DNA of 64,000 bases, from the NCBI GenBank assembly GCA_963692865.2, contig OY843592.1, positions 2,208,001-2,272,000 of the forward strand, given 5' to 3'. Below are positions 47,964 through 58,240 of the stretch, piece by piece. Positions within the stretch are counted from its first letter, which is position 1. The number at the start of each line of letters is the position of its first letter. The notes beneath the pieces are model-generated. The model was given only the letters and a program-made list of their open reading frames with translations, did not search any database and was not told the DNA's origin. The position numbers and the translations under genes were made by a program. The DNA is from a bacterium. GTDB lineage: Bacteria > UBA8248.

Positions 47964-48674
47964 TCAAGAACGTCTCGCCCGCGCGGCGTCCACCTCCTCG
48001 TCGATCAGTTCAAGGAGTTCCCCTCGGTCATACCGGGCGTTGCGTTCCTTGACTCGGCTCTGGGGCAGCTTCCGAAAATCGACCTCGCTCGATACGACCG
48101 GCTTCCGGTTGCGCCAGAATGGCCCTTGGCGGGGGCGGCCGCGGCGCGGGTAGGCTTGGGCGTAGAGGGCCGCGGCCTCGATCTGCGCCTTCGTGAGGGT
48201 GGGGTAGGCCGCGCGGACGGCGTCCACGGCGTCGCCGTTGGCGAGCATTTCGGCGATATCGTGTGCGGGTATGCGGGTTCCCTTGATGCACGCCGCGCCG
48301 GAGAGAACGGCCTCATCCGCCGCGATCATCTTGCGCGCCCTCGCCAGCCTGGAAAGCCCTCTGCGGACTTGCTCCTTCATGGGCCGCACGTCGACCGACA
48401 CGTTGTTCTCGCGGGCCGTCGCGGCCCTGGGATTCTCGAGAAGATAGCGCACGAGCCGACGGCGTCCGTCGAGGGTGAGGGTGTCCGTCGTCTCGTGGGC
48501 GAGCTTGAGGCCCACCAGGCCGTCTCGAAGGACGAAGCGGGAGCCCTTGTGGCTTTTCGCGGCGGCGCCCAGGAGGCCCGAGTCGATGATGCGGTGCACC
48601 TGTTTCAGGGGCACGCCGGTGACGCAGGCCGCCTCGTTCGCCGACATGTTCGGGACCGCAATGTTCGTCGCCAT
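47964..48674 (-). CDS. DUF433 domain protein (antitoxin-like) with N-terminal HTH
   Basis: SANEAA..TGV....VHR; VLSGAACIKGTRIP..I..ML..G......YP.LT...I.AA..YA. Confidence 0.85.
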   Translation of the reverse strand: MATNIAVPNMSANEAACVTGVPLKQVHRIIDSGLLGAAAKSHKGSRFVLRDGLVGLKLAHETTDTLTLDGRRRLVRYLLENPRAATARENNVSVDVRPMKEQVRRGLSRLARARKMIAADEAVLSGAACIKGTRIPAHDIAEMLANGDAVDAVRAAYPTLTKAQIEAAALYAQAYPRRGRPRQGPFWRNRKPVVSSEVDFRKLPQSRVKERNARYDRGELLELIDEEVDAARARRS

Positions 48675-48911
48675 AATCTTTCCTCCATTCTGGAAGAATA
48701 TACCCCATCCCGGACCAAAATGCCAGCTCGCTTACGTCGTGGGCCGGCTTCCTGTGTGCGGGTCGAGGTGAAGAGGGGTCGGATCCGCATGACGCCCCGT
48801 GACATATGAAAGGGCTGGCCGTCCCGACGCACGCTTCCCTCAATGCGGGCGGCGCATTTTACCCCCCTGGTGTAGAATTGCGCGGAGCCGGTCATAACTC
48901 GTGAGGCGCTC

Positions 48912-49421
48912 ATGTTCTCTTTCGTCCTGAAAGCGCTGCTTCTCTCGCTCGTCATCGCCGGAGGCGCGTCCGCCGCCGATCCCGTCTCCGAATGCAATCC
49001 GGCGATGATCGGCGAGTGGATTTGCGGCGAAACCCGCTACTTGAAAATATCCCATGCGATGGGTGAGGACGGCGTCCCGAGAGTGACCTTCGTTGACAGG
49101 TGGCTTTCGGGAGGCGATCGCAAAACGCACACGGAAATCGTGGACGGGAAGGTTCACGCCTTGAAGAACGGCACTCGATACGCGTCTTCGTGCAACCATA
49201 GAATCGGCCCCCGGGGCTACAGGATTTATCGGCGGGCCGCCCGGGATGATACCACCGGAAGGGTTTTGATCGGGGATTACATCGTCCTGGAAGACGGGAG
49301 AATGCTCATCGGCCTGTTCGGCAACGGAACGATGGAGGGCTACGATGTCAGAAACTCCTCCAGGCCGGGCGAGCCGGACCGCATCGTCGAGTGCGTCAGG
49401 TCTAATAAAGCGGGCTGCTAA
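48912..49421 (+). CDS. Hypothetical secreted protein
   Basis: GAGG RBS, signal peptide (ASA|AD), several Cys; no family recognised. Confidence 0.6.
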   Translation: MFSFVLKALLLSLVIAGGASAADPVSECNPAMIGEWICGETRYLKISHAMGEDGVPRVTFVDRWLSGGDRKTHTEIVDGKVHALKNGTRYASSCNHRIGPRGYRIYRRAARDDTTGRVLIGDYIVLEDGRMLIGLFGNGTMEGYDVRNSSRPGEPDRIVECVRSNKAGC

Positions 49422-49743
49422 GGCTGTGCGTGCGGCCCGTGATGAAGCCGGCGGCGTTCGCGATGCGGAGGACGCCGCCCGACGCCATCGACGGGGTAGT
49501 TTGGGCGTGAATCCATTCCTCCAGATTTCTTGCATCTGCCTTTTCCAGAGCCGGTAAGTCTTCTTCTTGGCTCACCACCTCGCATAGCTTAAAGTTTTGC
49601 GTCGTCGGTTTCGTTCGCGCGGGTCCGGCTGATGGAAGAGGAAGTACCGGTGCGGCGAAAATGGGCCGGATCGATTCTGCTCTCTTGCGGCACGGCGATC
49701 ATCGCCTGGGCGTGCGCGTAGGCGAAATGGTAAAAGCCTGAAT

Positions 49744-50631
49744 TTGGAGAATTCCTTGAACCCCTTGCTGGCCTCGTTATTCGCGCTCGCCTCGTCGGTG
49801 CTGTTCGCCGTCTTCAGCGTCATGGCGCGAAGGAACATGCGCCACGCGAGCGCCTTCACGGGCAGCCTCATCACGCTGAGCATCGGGACGGTGGCGCTTG
49901 TCGCGATCTCCGCCTCTCTCTCTCCGTGGAGCGAACTCACCCTGCCGGTCGCCCTGTGGTTCCTGGCGGGCGGCGCGCTCGCGCCGGGCTTGGCGCAGGC
50001 GCTCATGTTCCTGAGCATCGGCTATATCGGCGTGGGCCGCGCCATGCCGCTCATCACGGTGACGCCTTTTTTCTCCACCCTCGTGGCGATGGTCTGGCTC
50101 GGCGAGCGCCCGGGCGTCGTGGTTCTGGCGGCGACGAGTCTGGTGGTCGCGGGATGCGTTCTGATCGCCTTGAGGAGGGAAGGGGAAAAGCCCTGGCGGC
50201 GGGTATTCATCTTCATGCCGTTTGCGCACGCCGTCTCGTTCGCCTTCGCCGCATCCATCAGAAAACACGTGCTCGCCCTCATGCCCGAACCGCTGCTGGG
50301 CGCCACGCTTTCCTATGCGATTTCCATCCCCGTGCTGTTCCTGTTCTATCCCTTCCTGCCGCAAGGCGAGCGCCTCTCCTTCAACCGCGCGGGCGTAAAG
50401 GGGTTCGCGCTGGCGGGCTCGATTCTCACGCTTTCATTTTTCTGCCATTTCACGTCGTATCGCTACGGGGACGTTTCGATCATCGCCCCCATCGTGTATA
50501 CGGCGCCGCTGTTCTCGCTGCTGCTGGCGCGGATATGGCTCAAGGGGGAAGAAGAGATCACCTGGCAGAAAACGGCGGGCGCCGTCTTGTTGTTCATCGG
50601 CATGGTGGTGATCATCTGGCAGGCGGCGTGA
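49744..50631 (+). CDS. DMT/EamA family transporter
   Basis: About 10 TM helices, TPFFS..A..WLGE, GDVSIIAP...APLF. Confidence 0.88.
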   Translation: MENSLNPLLASLFALASSVLFAVFSVMARRNMRHASAFTGSLITLSIGTVALVAISASLSPWSELTLPVALWFLAGGALAPGLAQALMFLSIGYIGVGRAMPLITVTPFFSTLVAMVWLGERPGVVVLAATSLVVAGCVLIALRREGEKPWRRVFIFMPFAHAVSFAFAASIRKHVLALMPEPLLGATLSYAISIPVLFLFYPFLPQGERLSFNRAGVKGFALAGSILTLSFFCHFTSYRYGDVSIIAPIVYTAPLFSLLLARIWLKGEEEITWQKTAGAVLLFIGMVVIIWQAA

Positions 50632-50666
50632 GGTCAGTCCTGAACGAAAGACGAGGTATTAAAAAT

Positions 50667-50692
50667 TACTCCCCCTCAAGGGGGTAGTAAAC
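50667..50692. terminator. Hairpin between convergent genes (short form of the CCCCCTCAAGGGGG repeat)
   Basis: TTACTCCCCCTCAAGGGGGGTAGTAA inverted repeat. Confidence 0.4.
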
Positions 50693-50739
50693 AAGAAACA
50701 CTCCTGCTTCTATGCAACCGTATAAACCCGGTCGGGTTT

Positions 50740-51711
50740 CTAACCCTTCACCCTATCCAGAATACCCGTCGCCTCCAGGTCTTTGCGGAACGCGTCCTTC
50801 TCCTGTTGCGTCAAGGGCACGATGGGCGGACGCGGCTCTCCGGCGGGCAGGCCGAGCAGCTTAGTCCATTCCTTCAGGTACGCCGTCGTGCGTCCGTTCG
50901 GACCCGTCGTGAAATACTTCTTGCGAACCGCCCGCAGGGGTTCGAGCGAGTAGTTGATCTGCCAGGCCTTCTCAACGTCGCCCGCCATCGCCGCCTCGTA
51001 GTAGTCGCGGATCGGCGTGTAGCCCGGCGCCTGGAACAGATACGGAACGGGCGAGGACATGTGCACCTGCATCCCCAGGTGGAGGAGACTTACCAGAAAG
51101 TGCTCCTCGTTCGGGTCGCAGACGACGATCTCATCCCCCACGCGGCGGCGCACCTCGCTCTGGTGCGCCATGCTGGGCACGGCGTTCTTGATGCAGCAGA
51201 TGTTCTCGATCGTGCAGAGCCGCTCGATGAGTTCGGGGCTGAGCGTGGTTCCCGATTTGGGCTGGTTGAACAACGAGAGCCCGATCTCTATCTGGTCGCA
51301 GATGGTCTTGAAGTAGAGGAAAATCTCGTCGTCGTCGTGCGCGCCGTAGACCGGGTTGATCATGATGGCGTAATCCGCGCCCACTTCCTCGGCGTGCTTG
51401 GTGAGTTCCACCGCCTCTTTGATGTTGATGTGCGGCGTGTGGGGGATGGTCTGCGCGCCGCCCCGGCTCTCCTCGCAGACGATGTGCTGAACGCGCTTTC
51501 GCTCCTCGGGCGACAGCGACCAGAACTCGCCCATCAGTCCGTTGCAGAAAAACCCGTCGATCTTGAGATCGTCGATGCAGGTGCGGACGATCTTGCGGAG
51601 GCCCTCCTCGTCGAGTTCGCCTTCCGGCGTGAAGGGTGTCGTGAGAGCCGCCCAGACGCCCGTCATGTGTTCCCTGCAATACGCTTTCGCTTCCGGTTTG
51701 GTGTATTCCAT
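50740..51711 (-). CDS. DHDPS/NAL family aldolase (probably not lysine-pathway DapA)
   Basis: ALTTPF, NGLMGEF (canonical GTTGE altered), Schiff-base Lys in CIKNA, LFN instead of LYN. Confidence 0.85.
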   Translation of the reverse strand: MEYTKPEAKAYCREHMTGVWAALTTPFTPEGELDEEGLRKIVRTCIDDLKIDGFFCNGLMGEFWSLSPEERKRVQHIVCEESRGGAQTIPHTPHINIKEAVELTKHAEEVGADYAIMINPVYGAHDDDEIFLYFKTICDQIEIGLSLFNQPKSGTTLSPELIERLCTIENICCIKNAVPSMAHQSEVRRRVGDEIVVCDPNEEHFLVSLLHLGMQVHMSSPVPYLFQAPGYTPIRDYYEAAMAGDVEKAWQINYSLEPLRAVRKKYFTTGPNGRTTAYLKEWTKLLGLPAGEPRPPIVPLTQQEKDAFRKDLEATGILDRVKG

Positions 51712-51897
51712 CGTGCGCTCCTCGTGCAAGACGATGCGGAACCAAAGTAACCCACATGGCCGGGCTCGACTCGGCCGGCGTTTATTCTCCTGAATATCTT
51801 TTCATCATATCTTTTTACCCAAAATAACTCACCCAGGGTGCTACCGTCGTGCCTACGACATCCCGATCATTCACCAAGGCCGGTCATCGTTTTTCGC

Positions 51898-53316
51898 CTA
51901 CTCGCCCATCTTCTTGACCAGGGCATCGAAGGCTTTTTGGAACGGCGCTTCCGGCGCGCGGAGGACGCCCGCGCCTATCTGGCCGACGCCCGGTTCGCGG
52001 TGGGCGATTCCGGTGTTGATGACGGGGTAGATGCCCGTCTCGATCACACTGCGCACGTCGATCCCCGTGGGCGCGCCCGCGAAATCAAGGGCGGGCAGGG
52101 TGTAGTCGCGGCTCCTCGCCCAGGTGATGCCGTACATCTCGTTCGTCGCCTGAAAGGCCTCGGCCGTCGAGCCGCCCACGAACTCGACGATGGCGGGCGC
52201 CGCGGCCATCGCGAAGCCGCCCACGCCCAGTGTTTCCATGATGGCTGAATCGCCGATGTCGGGATTGGCGTCCTCTTGTGAGAATCCCGGAAAGAACAGG
52301 CCGACGGGATTCTTCGCGGGCGCCGTGAACCATGCATCCCCCAGGCCGGCGACCCTGATACCGAAATCCGTGCCGTTGCGCGACATGGCATAGACCAGGG
52401 AACAGCCCTCGACCCCCGCCATGGTGTCGAGACTCGCCTTGGCGGCGGGCATCGCCAGGTTCAGGAAGAAGTGATCGTTTCCGGCGAGAAAATCCGCCAC
52501 GCGGGAGAGCACCCCGGTGTCGCTCACGGTCTCCGCAAGGCGGGGCATGATGGCGCGGGCGACCGTCGATGTGGCCGCGACGTTTCGGTTGTGCGCCTCA
52601 TCGCCCATCTGCAGGGCGCGCGCGACGACGTTCTTGATGTCCAGGCCTTCCGGCATAGCGCGGAGCGCCGCGCGCAGGGCGGGGGCGAGTTCGCCCGCCA
52701 TCCATCTCAGGCGCGCCAGCACGTCTTCCGAATACGCCCCGTAGCGCAGCACCTTCCCGAGACCCTCGTTCAGCGTGCAGCAGGCCCTCCCGCCGCCGCC
52801 GAGTTCTTCAGGCGCCCGGTTTTCGATGATGCTCACCGGCATCGAGGGCGACACCACGCCCGCCATCGGCCCCACCGCCGAGTGGTGGTGACAGGGTTCG
52901 AAGGAGATTTCTCCGCTCGCGCAGAGTTTTTCCGCCGCTTCCGCATCCTGCGCCCAGCCTTCCAGAAGAGCCGCGCCGATCATCGCGCCCTTGAGCGGCC
53001 CGGACATGTGTTCCCAAGCGATGGGAGGGCCGGCGTGGAGGAGGGTGCGCTCGCCCATGCCGGGCACCTCCTCTATAGCCACGCCGACGTCCACCCACAC
53101 GGGCCTGGCCGCCTGAAGACGTTCGATGGCGATGTCGTTGGCCGCATCGCAAGAGGTCAAACTGTCGAGGCTTATCGTCATCTCGGGGTCTCCTCCGGCG
53201 GGGGGACGCCAGTCCACCTGCACCACGGGGGCGTTCTGCGCGGCGATGCTTTCGGCGAACAACCCCGCGCCGACGTTGGCGACGCGGACGCCCTCCAGTA
53301 AATTTTTCGCGCTCAT
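51898..53316 (-). CDS. DUF1116 domain protein (YahG/YlbE, oxamate carbamoyltransferase subunit-like)
   Basis: LHAGPP, PCH...VGPMAG..SPSM, NEGLGK.LR.GA, MGDE.HNRN, D.GDSAI.E, INTGIAH. Confidence 0.9.
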   Translation of the reverse strand: MSAKNLLEGVRVANVGAGLFAESIAAQNAPVVQVDWRPPAGGDPEMTISLDSLTSCDAANDIAIERLQAARPVWVDVGVAIEEVPGMGERTLLHAGPPIAWEHMSGPLKGAMIGAALLEGWAQDAEAAEKLCASGEISFEPCHHHSAVGPMAGVVSPSMPVSIIENRAPEELGGGGRACCTLNEGLGKVLRYGAYSEDVLARLRWMAGELAPALRAALRAMPEGLDIKNVVARALQMGDEAHNRNVAATSTVARAIMPRLAETVSDTGVLSRVADFLAGNDHFFLNLAMPAAKASLDTMAGVEGCSLVYAMSRNGTDFGIRVAGLGDAWFTAPAKNPVGLFFPGFSQEDANPDIGDSAIMETLGVGGFAMAAAPAIVEFVGGSTAEAFQATNEMYGITWARSRDYTLPALDFAGAPTGIDVRSVIETGIYPVINTGIAHREPGVGQIGAGVLRAPEAPFQKAFDALVKKMGE

Positions 53317-54863
53317 CGGTCGATGGCCTCAAGCGCACTGGCGGCCGCGAGGCACGCGCCGGCGTGCGTATCCGCCACCACGACGCCCGCCTTTTTCAAC
53401 TTCTGGCGCTGGGAGTCCAAACCCTGCGGGTCGCCCCTCGTTCCCGTGACGGAGGCGATGAACAAGACGCCGGGGCTTGGGGCTTCCTCGATTGCTCTCG
53501 CCGCCTCTCCCGCCGGGTCCTCATGCGCGCCGAGCCCTAGTACCACGTCGAAGAGCACCACCGCCGTTTCTGGGGCACGGGCCTCCTGGACGATGCGCGC
53601 GCTTCTGGGCGCGGGGTCGATCATGGGATGGGGTTTTCCCCGCGTGAAAAGATCGTCGCCCAGGTCCACCACCGCGTGGCCCTCGGATTTCATGGAATTA
53701 GCCATCATGCCTTGGCTCTTGTCGAGGGGCGCGTTGGAGCGAATGTCCGCTACCGAACTGCCGACGATGGCCTGCGCCTCGGCGCACAGCGTCCCGCCCG
53801 TGTAGACGCCGCGCAGGAACCGGCGGCCTCTCTCTCGCGTGCGGCTCCATCCGGCGATCCTTTCTCGCGTTACGGAGTCGAGTTCCGGGGGCGTAGCTTC
53901 GGCGCGGCCCTCGACGAGCGAGACGGCGAGCCTGCCCGCTCCGGCGAGCGAATCCGCCGCGTAAAGACCGGGATACGCCAGGACATCCTCGCTCCGGCCT
54001 CCGACGAAGTGGATGACGGCGGGCTTTCCGCACCGCGCCGTTGCTTTGAGTATCTTCTCCAAAGCGGCGGGCTCTGGCGGTTTTCCGAGAACGAGGAGAA
54101 CTTCCGTCGCGACATCATTCGCGAGGGTCTCGATAGCCTGGATCATGGCGAGGCCGCCTACGGCGTCGGACACGTCGCGCCCGCCGGTCCCAAGCGCGCA
54201 GGAGATTCCGCCGCCCGCTGAGTCGACCGCGGCCATGGCCTCCTGAATCCCCGTGCCGGCGGCGCCTGCGATCCCGATTTTTCCCGGCCGCACCACGTTG
54301 CAAAAACCGAGTCCCACGCCGCCTATGTGAGCCGTTCCGCAGTCGGGGCCCATGACGAGCAGCCCCCGCTCGCGTCCCATGCGTTTAAGCGCCACCTCGT
54401 CTTCAATGGGCACATTGTCGCTGAAAATGAGGCAGTGGAGGTCCTTCTTTAACGCGCGTTCGGCCTCGCGGCGCACGCTCGGACCGGGAATCGAGAAAAG
54501 GGCGAGGTTGATCGCGGGGTCTTTACCGAGGGCGGCTTCGAGCGTGGGCGCCGAGAGATTCATGAACGCGCCCGCTCCGCCGCCTGCGCGGGGCGCAGTG
54601 AGCGCCGCTTCCATCATGGCGAGTTCTTCCTGCGCCTTCTGCGCGTCTTGCGCATCGACGACCAGTACGAGGTCGTTCGGTCCTGCTTCTTTCGCTTCAC
54701 CTGCGAGGAGGCCGCTGGCTGCCAGTTGTTCGAGATTCATCGGCGTGCCCATGAGGGCCGCCGCTTGCCTGATGTGAGCCTTCTCCGAGGCGGCGGCGCT
54801 GATGCGCATGAGCTTCACCGAGTCGTGGTACGCGCCCGATAAGACGCGGACGGCCAGCGCCAT
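53313..54863 (-). CDS. fdrA: FdrA/YahF family (succinyl-CoA synthetase alpha-like) protein
   Basis: YHDSVKLM, MGTP.N, FSDNV, MGPDCGT, G.GGRD, GGTLC.EA, DLGDD.FTRGKPHPMIDP; ATG 54863 with GGGG/GAG RBS. Confidence 0.9.
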   Translation of the reverse strand: MALAVRVLSGAYHDSVKLMRISAAASEKAHIRQAAALMGTPMNLEQLAASGLLAGEAKEAGPNDLVLVVDAQDAQKAQEELAMMEAALTAPRAGGGAGAFMNLSAPTLEAALGKDPAINLALFSIPGPSVRREAERALKKDLHCLIFSDNVPIEDEVALKRMGRERGLLVMGPDCGTAHIGGVGLGFCNVVRPGKIGIAGAAGTGIQEAMAAVDSAGGGISCALGTGGRDVSDAVGGLAMIQAIETLANDVATEVLLVLGKPPEPAALEKILKATARCGKPAVIHFVGGRSEDVLAYPGLYAADSLAGAGRLAVSLVEGRAEATPPELDSVTRERIAGWSRTRERGRRFLRGVYTGGTLCAEAQAIVGSSVADIRSNAPLDKSQGMMANSMKSEGHAVVDLGDDLFTRGKPHPMIDPAPRSARIVQEARAPETAVVLFDVVLGLGAHEDPAGEAARAIEEAPSPGVLFIASVTGTRGDPQGLDSQRQKLKKAGVVVADTHAGACLAAASALEAIDR

Positions 54864-54883
54864 GTCACTCGCTCCCCCGGAGG

Positions 54884-55603
54884 CTAGTCGTTGATGATCG
54901 CCACCGCGCGAATGGGGGAGCCCGACATGCCGCGGAACTTGATGGGCAGCACCGAGAGCTTGAACCCGTGGGACTTGGGGATGAGGTTCAGGTTTATCAT
55001 GTTCTCGATGTGGCAGTAGTCTTTCTCCAGCATGACCCGGTGGGCCTCCCAGTAGCTGCGCGTCTCGTGCATCTTCCAGATAGGCACGTCCCAGCCGCTC
55101 GCGTCGATCCCCATCACGCGGACCCCGTTGTCGATGAGGTAGTGGGTCGCCTCCGCGCTCATGCCGGGCTGGTTCATCGTGTAGTCGGGGTTCGTCTGCC
55201 AGTCCACGCTCGCATCGGTGCGGATGAGCACGATGTCGAGCGGCTTGAGCGCGTAGTCGATTTTCTTGAGCGCGCCTTCCACGTCCGCCGCCGTGATGGC
55301 GTAGCCCGATTCCCTGTCGGTGAAATCGAGGACGACGCCGTCCGAGAGGCACCATTCGAGCGGGATGCGCTCGGTCGTGAAGGCGTCGGGGTTGTTGTGC
55401 CAGGGGGAGTCGATGTGCGTGCCGGTGTGGTCGCTCATGAAGATGACGCAGTGGTTGGTCACGATGGGGGCGCCGTAGTCGATGGCGCCCGTCCGCCTTG
55501 CCACGGTGTCCCAGTCCTCGTCGACGGTGAGGGAGGGGCCGGGCAGGTCCGGGTAAATCGGCATGTCCCGGTATATTTCCATGCTCAGATCGATCAATTC
55601 CAT
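54884..55603 (-). CDS. Cyclase family metal hydrolase (kynurenine formamidase-like)
   Basis: IDLS, HTGTHIDSP.H, GID, EN..NL, GSP.RA. Confidence 0.9.
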   Translation of the reverse strand: MELIDLSMEIYRDMPIYPDLPGPSLTVDEDWDTVARRTGAIDYGAPIVTNHCVIFMSDHTGTHIDSPWHNNPDAFTTERIPLEWCLSDGVVLDFTDRESGYAITAADVEGALKKIDYALKPLDIVLIRTDASVDWQTNPDYTMNQPGMSAEATHYLIDNGVRVMGIDASGWDVPIWKMHETRSYWEAHRVMLEKDYCHIENMINLNLIPKSHGFKLSVLPIKFRGMSGSPIRAVAIIND

Positions 55604-55749
55604 CTCGGAGGTCTCCTATAGGAGGAAGAAAAGAAACGATCTCCATCTTGAGTGGTCGGTTCATCATGGGAAGCGTATGCAATGCGCGCATTATGTATGA
55701 ACCCGAAGCGGCGGGCAACGCATCCGCTTTCGTCGCGAACAGGATGCGA

Positions 55750-55970
55750 CGGGGGTTGTTGAAAAAGCCGGACCTGGGAGCGAGCGCGTTTGTAGTTCGT
55801 CGTATGGCCACCGTATCGACCTCATCCTGAGTAGCCGCCGAAGGCGGCGTATCGAAGGATGGGAGGCGCTTCTCCGCGAACTTCGCCCTTCGATACGCGG
55901 CTTCCGCCGCTACTCAGGGTGAGGGTGTTGGGGACGGCGGAGCCTGCCCTGAGCGAAGTCGAGGGGGCGG
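55750..55970. repeat. Palindromic repeat cluster
   Basis: GGGGTTGTTGAAAAA plus inverted pair CATCCTGAGTAGC...TATCGAAGG / CCTTCGATA...CTACTCAGGGTG. Confidence 0.8.
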
Positions 55971-56198
55971 CTGCTCGGGGTAAGATCCATACAGCGGCCA
56001 AGTAGGGCGAGGGGACGGGCCGCAGGGGAGGGGAATCCGCGTTACAAGCCGGAAACATAAAACCCGTATATTTTGAATTTGAGAATACATAAGGCATACT
56101 GGCTGCATAGCGACAAGGATAAAACCTGAGTCTCCCGAGCGGCGGCGCGCGGAGACGAGTTTTCGCATTTTCACACCACATGCGGGGAGTGCGCCTTC

Positions 56199-57140
56199 TT
56201 GTCTCTCTTGTTCGACATATCCCTGTTCCAGCTCACCATGCTCATGATGGCGCCCCTCATCATCGCGTGCCTGGGCGAGACCATCATCGAGCGCTCGGGG
56301 ATTCTGAACGTCGGCATCGAGGGGGTCGTGACGCTCGGCTCGGTGACGGGTTTTCTGCTCACCTACTACTCGGGCAGCGCGTTCATCGGCTGTCTGGTCG
56401 CGGCGCTCTCGGGGAGCGCCCTGACGCTGCTTCTGGCGTATTTCTCCATCACCCTTCGTGCGAACCAGATCGTGATCGGGCTGGGGATTTTTGTCCTGGG
56501 GCTGGGGATATCGCCCACCATCTACCGGTTGGCGGTAGGGGTGGTTCAATCGATTCCCCAGGTGCCGACGTTGAAAGAGATAAGCATCCCCGTTCTGGGC
56601 GGCATCCCCTTCATCGGCGAGATTTTCTTCCGGCAAAACGGACTCGTCTACATGTCCTATTTCCTGGTCGCGGCGGTGAGTTTTTTCCTCTTCAAGACGC
56701 CGCTGGGTCTGAGGCTGCGCGCCTGCGGGGAAAACCCCCGCGCGGCGGACACGGTGGGCATAGACGTCGCCCGCATGCGCTACGGCGCGTGCGTGGTGGG
56801 CGGGCTTTTCCTGGGCGTGGCGGGCGCCTACCTGCCGCTCGTGATATCGGGTTCGTTCACGGACAACATTGTGAACGGAAGAGGTTGGCTCGCCCTGATG
56901 CTGGTGATCTTCGGGCGCTGGGTGCCGGTATGGTCGTTCGTCGGCGCGCTGCTCTTCGCGTACGTGGACGCCTTCCAGTTCAAGGTGAACGCCCTGCCGC
57001 AATACGCCAAGATCATACCGCCGCAGTTTTTGCTGATGCTGCCGTACGTGTTCGCCATGATAGTTCTGGTCCAGGTCGCGCGGGGCGCCGAAAGCCCGCG
57101 CGCGCTCACCAGGCCATACGACCGTGAAGCCCGGGATTGA
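56199..57140 (+). CDS. ABC transporter permease (nucleoside/BMP type)
   Basis: ERSGILNVGIEG, NQIV.G, GLRLRACGENP.AA, GRGWLAL, LPY. Confidence 0.9.
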   Translation: MSLLFDISLFQLTMLMMAPLIIACLGETIIERSGILNVGIEGVVTLGSVTGFLLTYYSGSAFIGCLVAALSGSALTLLLAYFSITLRANQIVIGLGIFVLGLGISPTIYRLAVGVVQSIPQVPTLKEISIPVLGGIPFIGEIFFRQNGLVYMSYFLVAAVSFFLFKTPLGLRLRACGENPRAADTVGIDVARMRYGACVVGGLFLGVAGAYLPLVISGSFTDNIVNGRGWLALMLVIFGRWVPVWSFVGALLFAYVDAFQFKVNALPQYAKIIPPQFLLMLPYVFAMIVLVQVARGAESPRALTRPYDREARD

Positions 57141-57183
57141 ACCCATGTCCGGGATATTGTGTTTCTCATCGAGGAGGTATGAC

Positions 57184-58185
57184 ATGAAAACCAAATGGAC
57201 ACGCCGATTGTTCTTCGCCGCCGCCGCGCTCGCGGCCCTTGCCCTGATCGCACCCGGCCAGGCGCTCGCCGCGAAGGCCCACAAGTTCGCCGTCATCCTG
57301 CCCGGACCCATCGAGGATGCGGACTACAACTTCCGCGGCTATGAAGTCGCCCAGGACATCAAGAAGAGGTTCAAGATCGAAACCTCCTACTCCGAGCGCA
57401 TCTCGCCGGCGGACGCCGAGCGGGTGGCGCGCGAGTACATATCCTCGGGCTTCACCATCATCGGCTTCCACGGCGGGCAGTACGTCCGGCTCGTGCAGAA
57501 GCTGGCGCCGAAATTTCCCGACACCATTTTCGTCATGGAGAGTTCGGGCAAGTTCAAGGTTCCCAAGAACGTCTGGAACATTCACCGCCACTATTTCGAG
57601 GCCTTCTATCCCTTCGGCGTGCTGGCCGGCCTCTCGACCAAGACGAACAAGGTGAGCGTCATCGCGGGAATCCCGCTGCCGGACTTCAAGGCTTCCATCA
57701 ACACCATCTCGGACGCGCTCAAGGCGACCAACCCCAAGGCGCAGCTCACCTACGCCTTCACCGGAAACCAGAACGACCCGGTCAAGGCGCGCCAGACCGC
57801 CGACGCCATGATCGCGAACGGCGTCGACTTCATCATCAACATGGTGAACCTGGGCGTGTACGGGGTCGCCGAGGCCGCCAAGAAGGCGAAGCGCAAGGTG
57901 CTGGTCACCACCTTCTACACCGACAAGACGGACAAGGCGCCCGAGCATTTCGCCGGTACGCTGATCATCGATTTCCGGCCTCCCTACCGGCAGGTCATGG
58001 CGGGAGTCATGAAAGGCGCCAGCGGGGGTTATGTCGCCATGCGTTCGGGGAACGGCTTCGAGCTCGGTCCGATGTCCAACGTATCCGCCGAGGCCATCAA
58101 AAGAACCAAGGAGACGTATGAAAAAGTCCGTAGCGGAGCGATCAAGCCCCGGCTCGCAATGAAGAAGGTCATGTTGGCGAAATAG
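57184..58185 (+). CDS. BMP family ABC transporter substrate-binding protein
   Basis: Signal peptide, PGPIED..YN, G.LAG..TKTNKV, DP.KA...A..MI..GVD; GAGGAGG RBS. Confidence 0.88.
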   Translation: MKTKWTRRLFFAAAALAALALIAPGQALAAKAHKFAVILPGPIEDADYNFRGYEVAQDIKKRFKIETSYSERISPADAERVAREYISSGFTIIGFHGGQYVRLVQKLAPKFPDTIFVMESSGKFKVPKNVWNIHRHYFEAFYPFGVLAGLSTKTNKVSVIAGIPLPDFKASINTISDALKATNPKAQLTYAFTGNQNDPVKARQTADAMIANGVDFIINMVNLGVYGVAEAAKKAKRKVLVTTFYTDKTDKAPEHFAGTLIIDFRPPYRQVMAGVMKGASGGYVAMRSGNGFELGPMSNVSAEAIKRTKETYEKVRSGAIKPRLAMKKVMLAK

Positions 58186-58240
58186 GGCACCTGAGCGCCC
58201 CGCCGCTAGCTGGGTGGGGCGCCTGGAACGGAAGAATGTA

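Noticed and set aside
53313-55811. 832-aa ORF suggesting an FdrA fusion
   Set aside because: The first ~315 aa are an off-frame read of the cyclase gene; FdrA homology begins at ATG 54863
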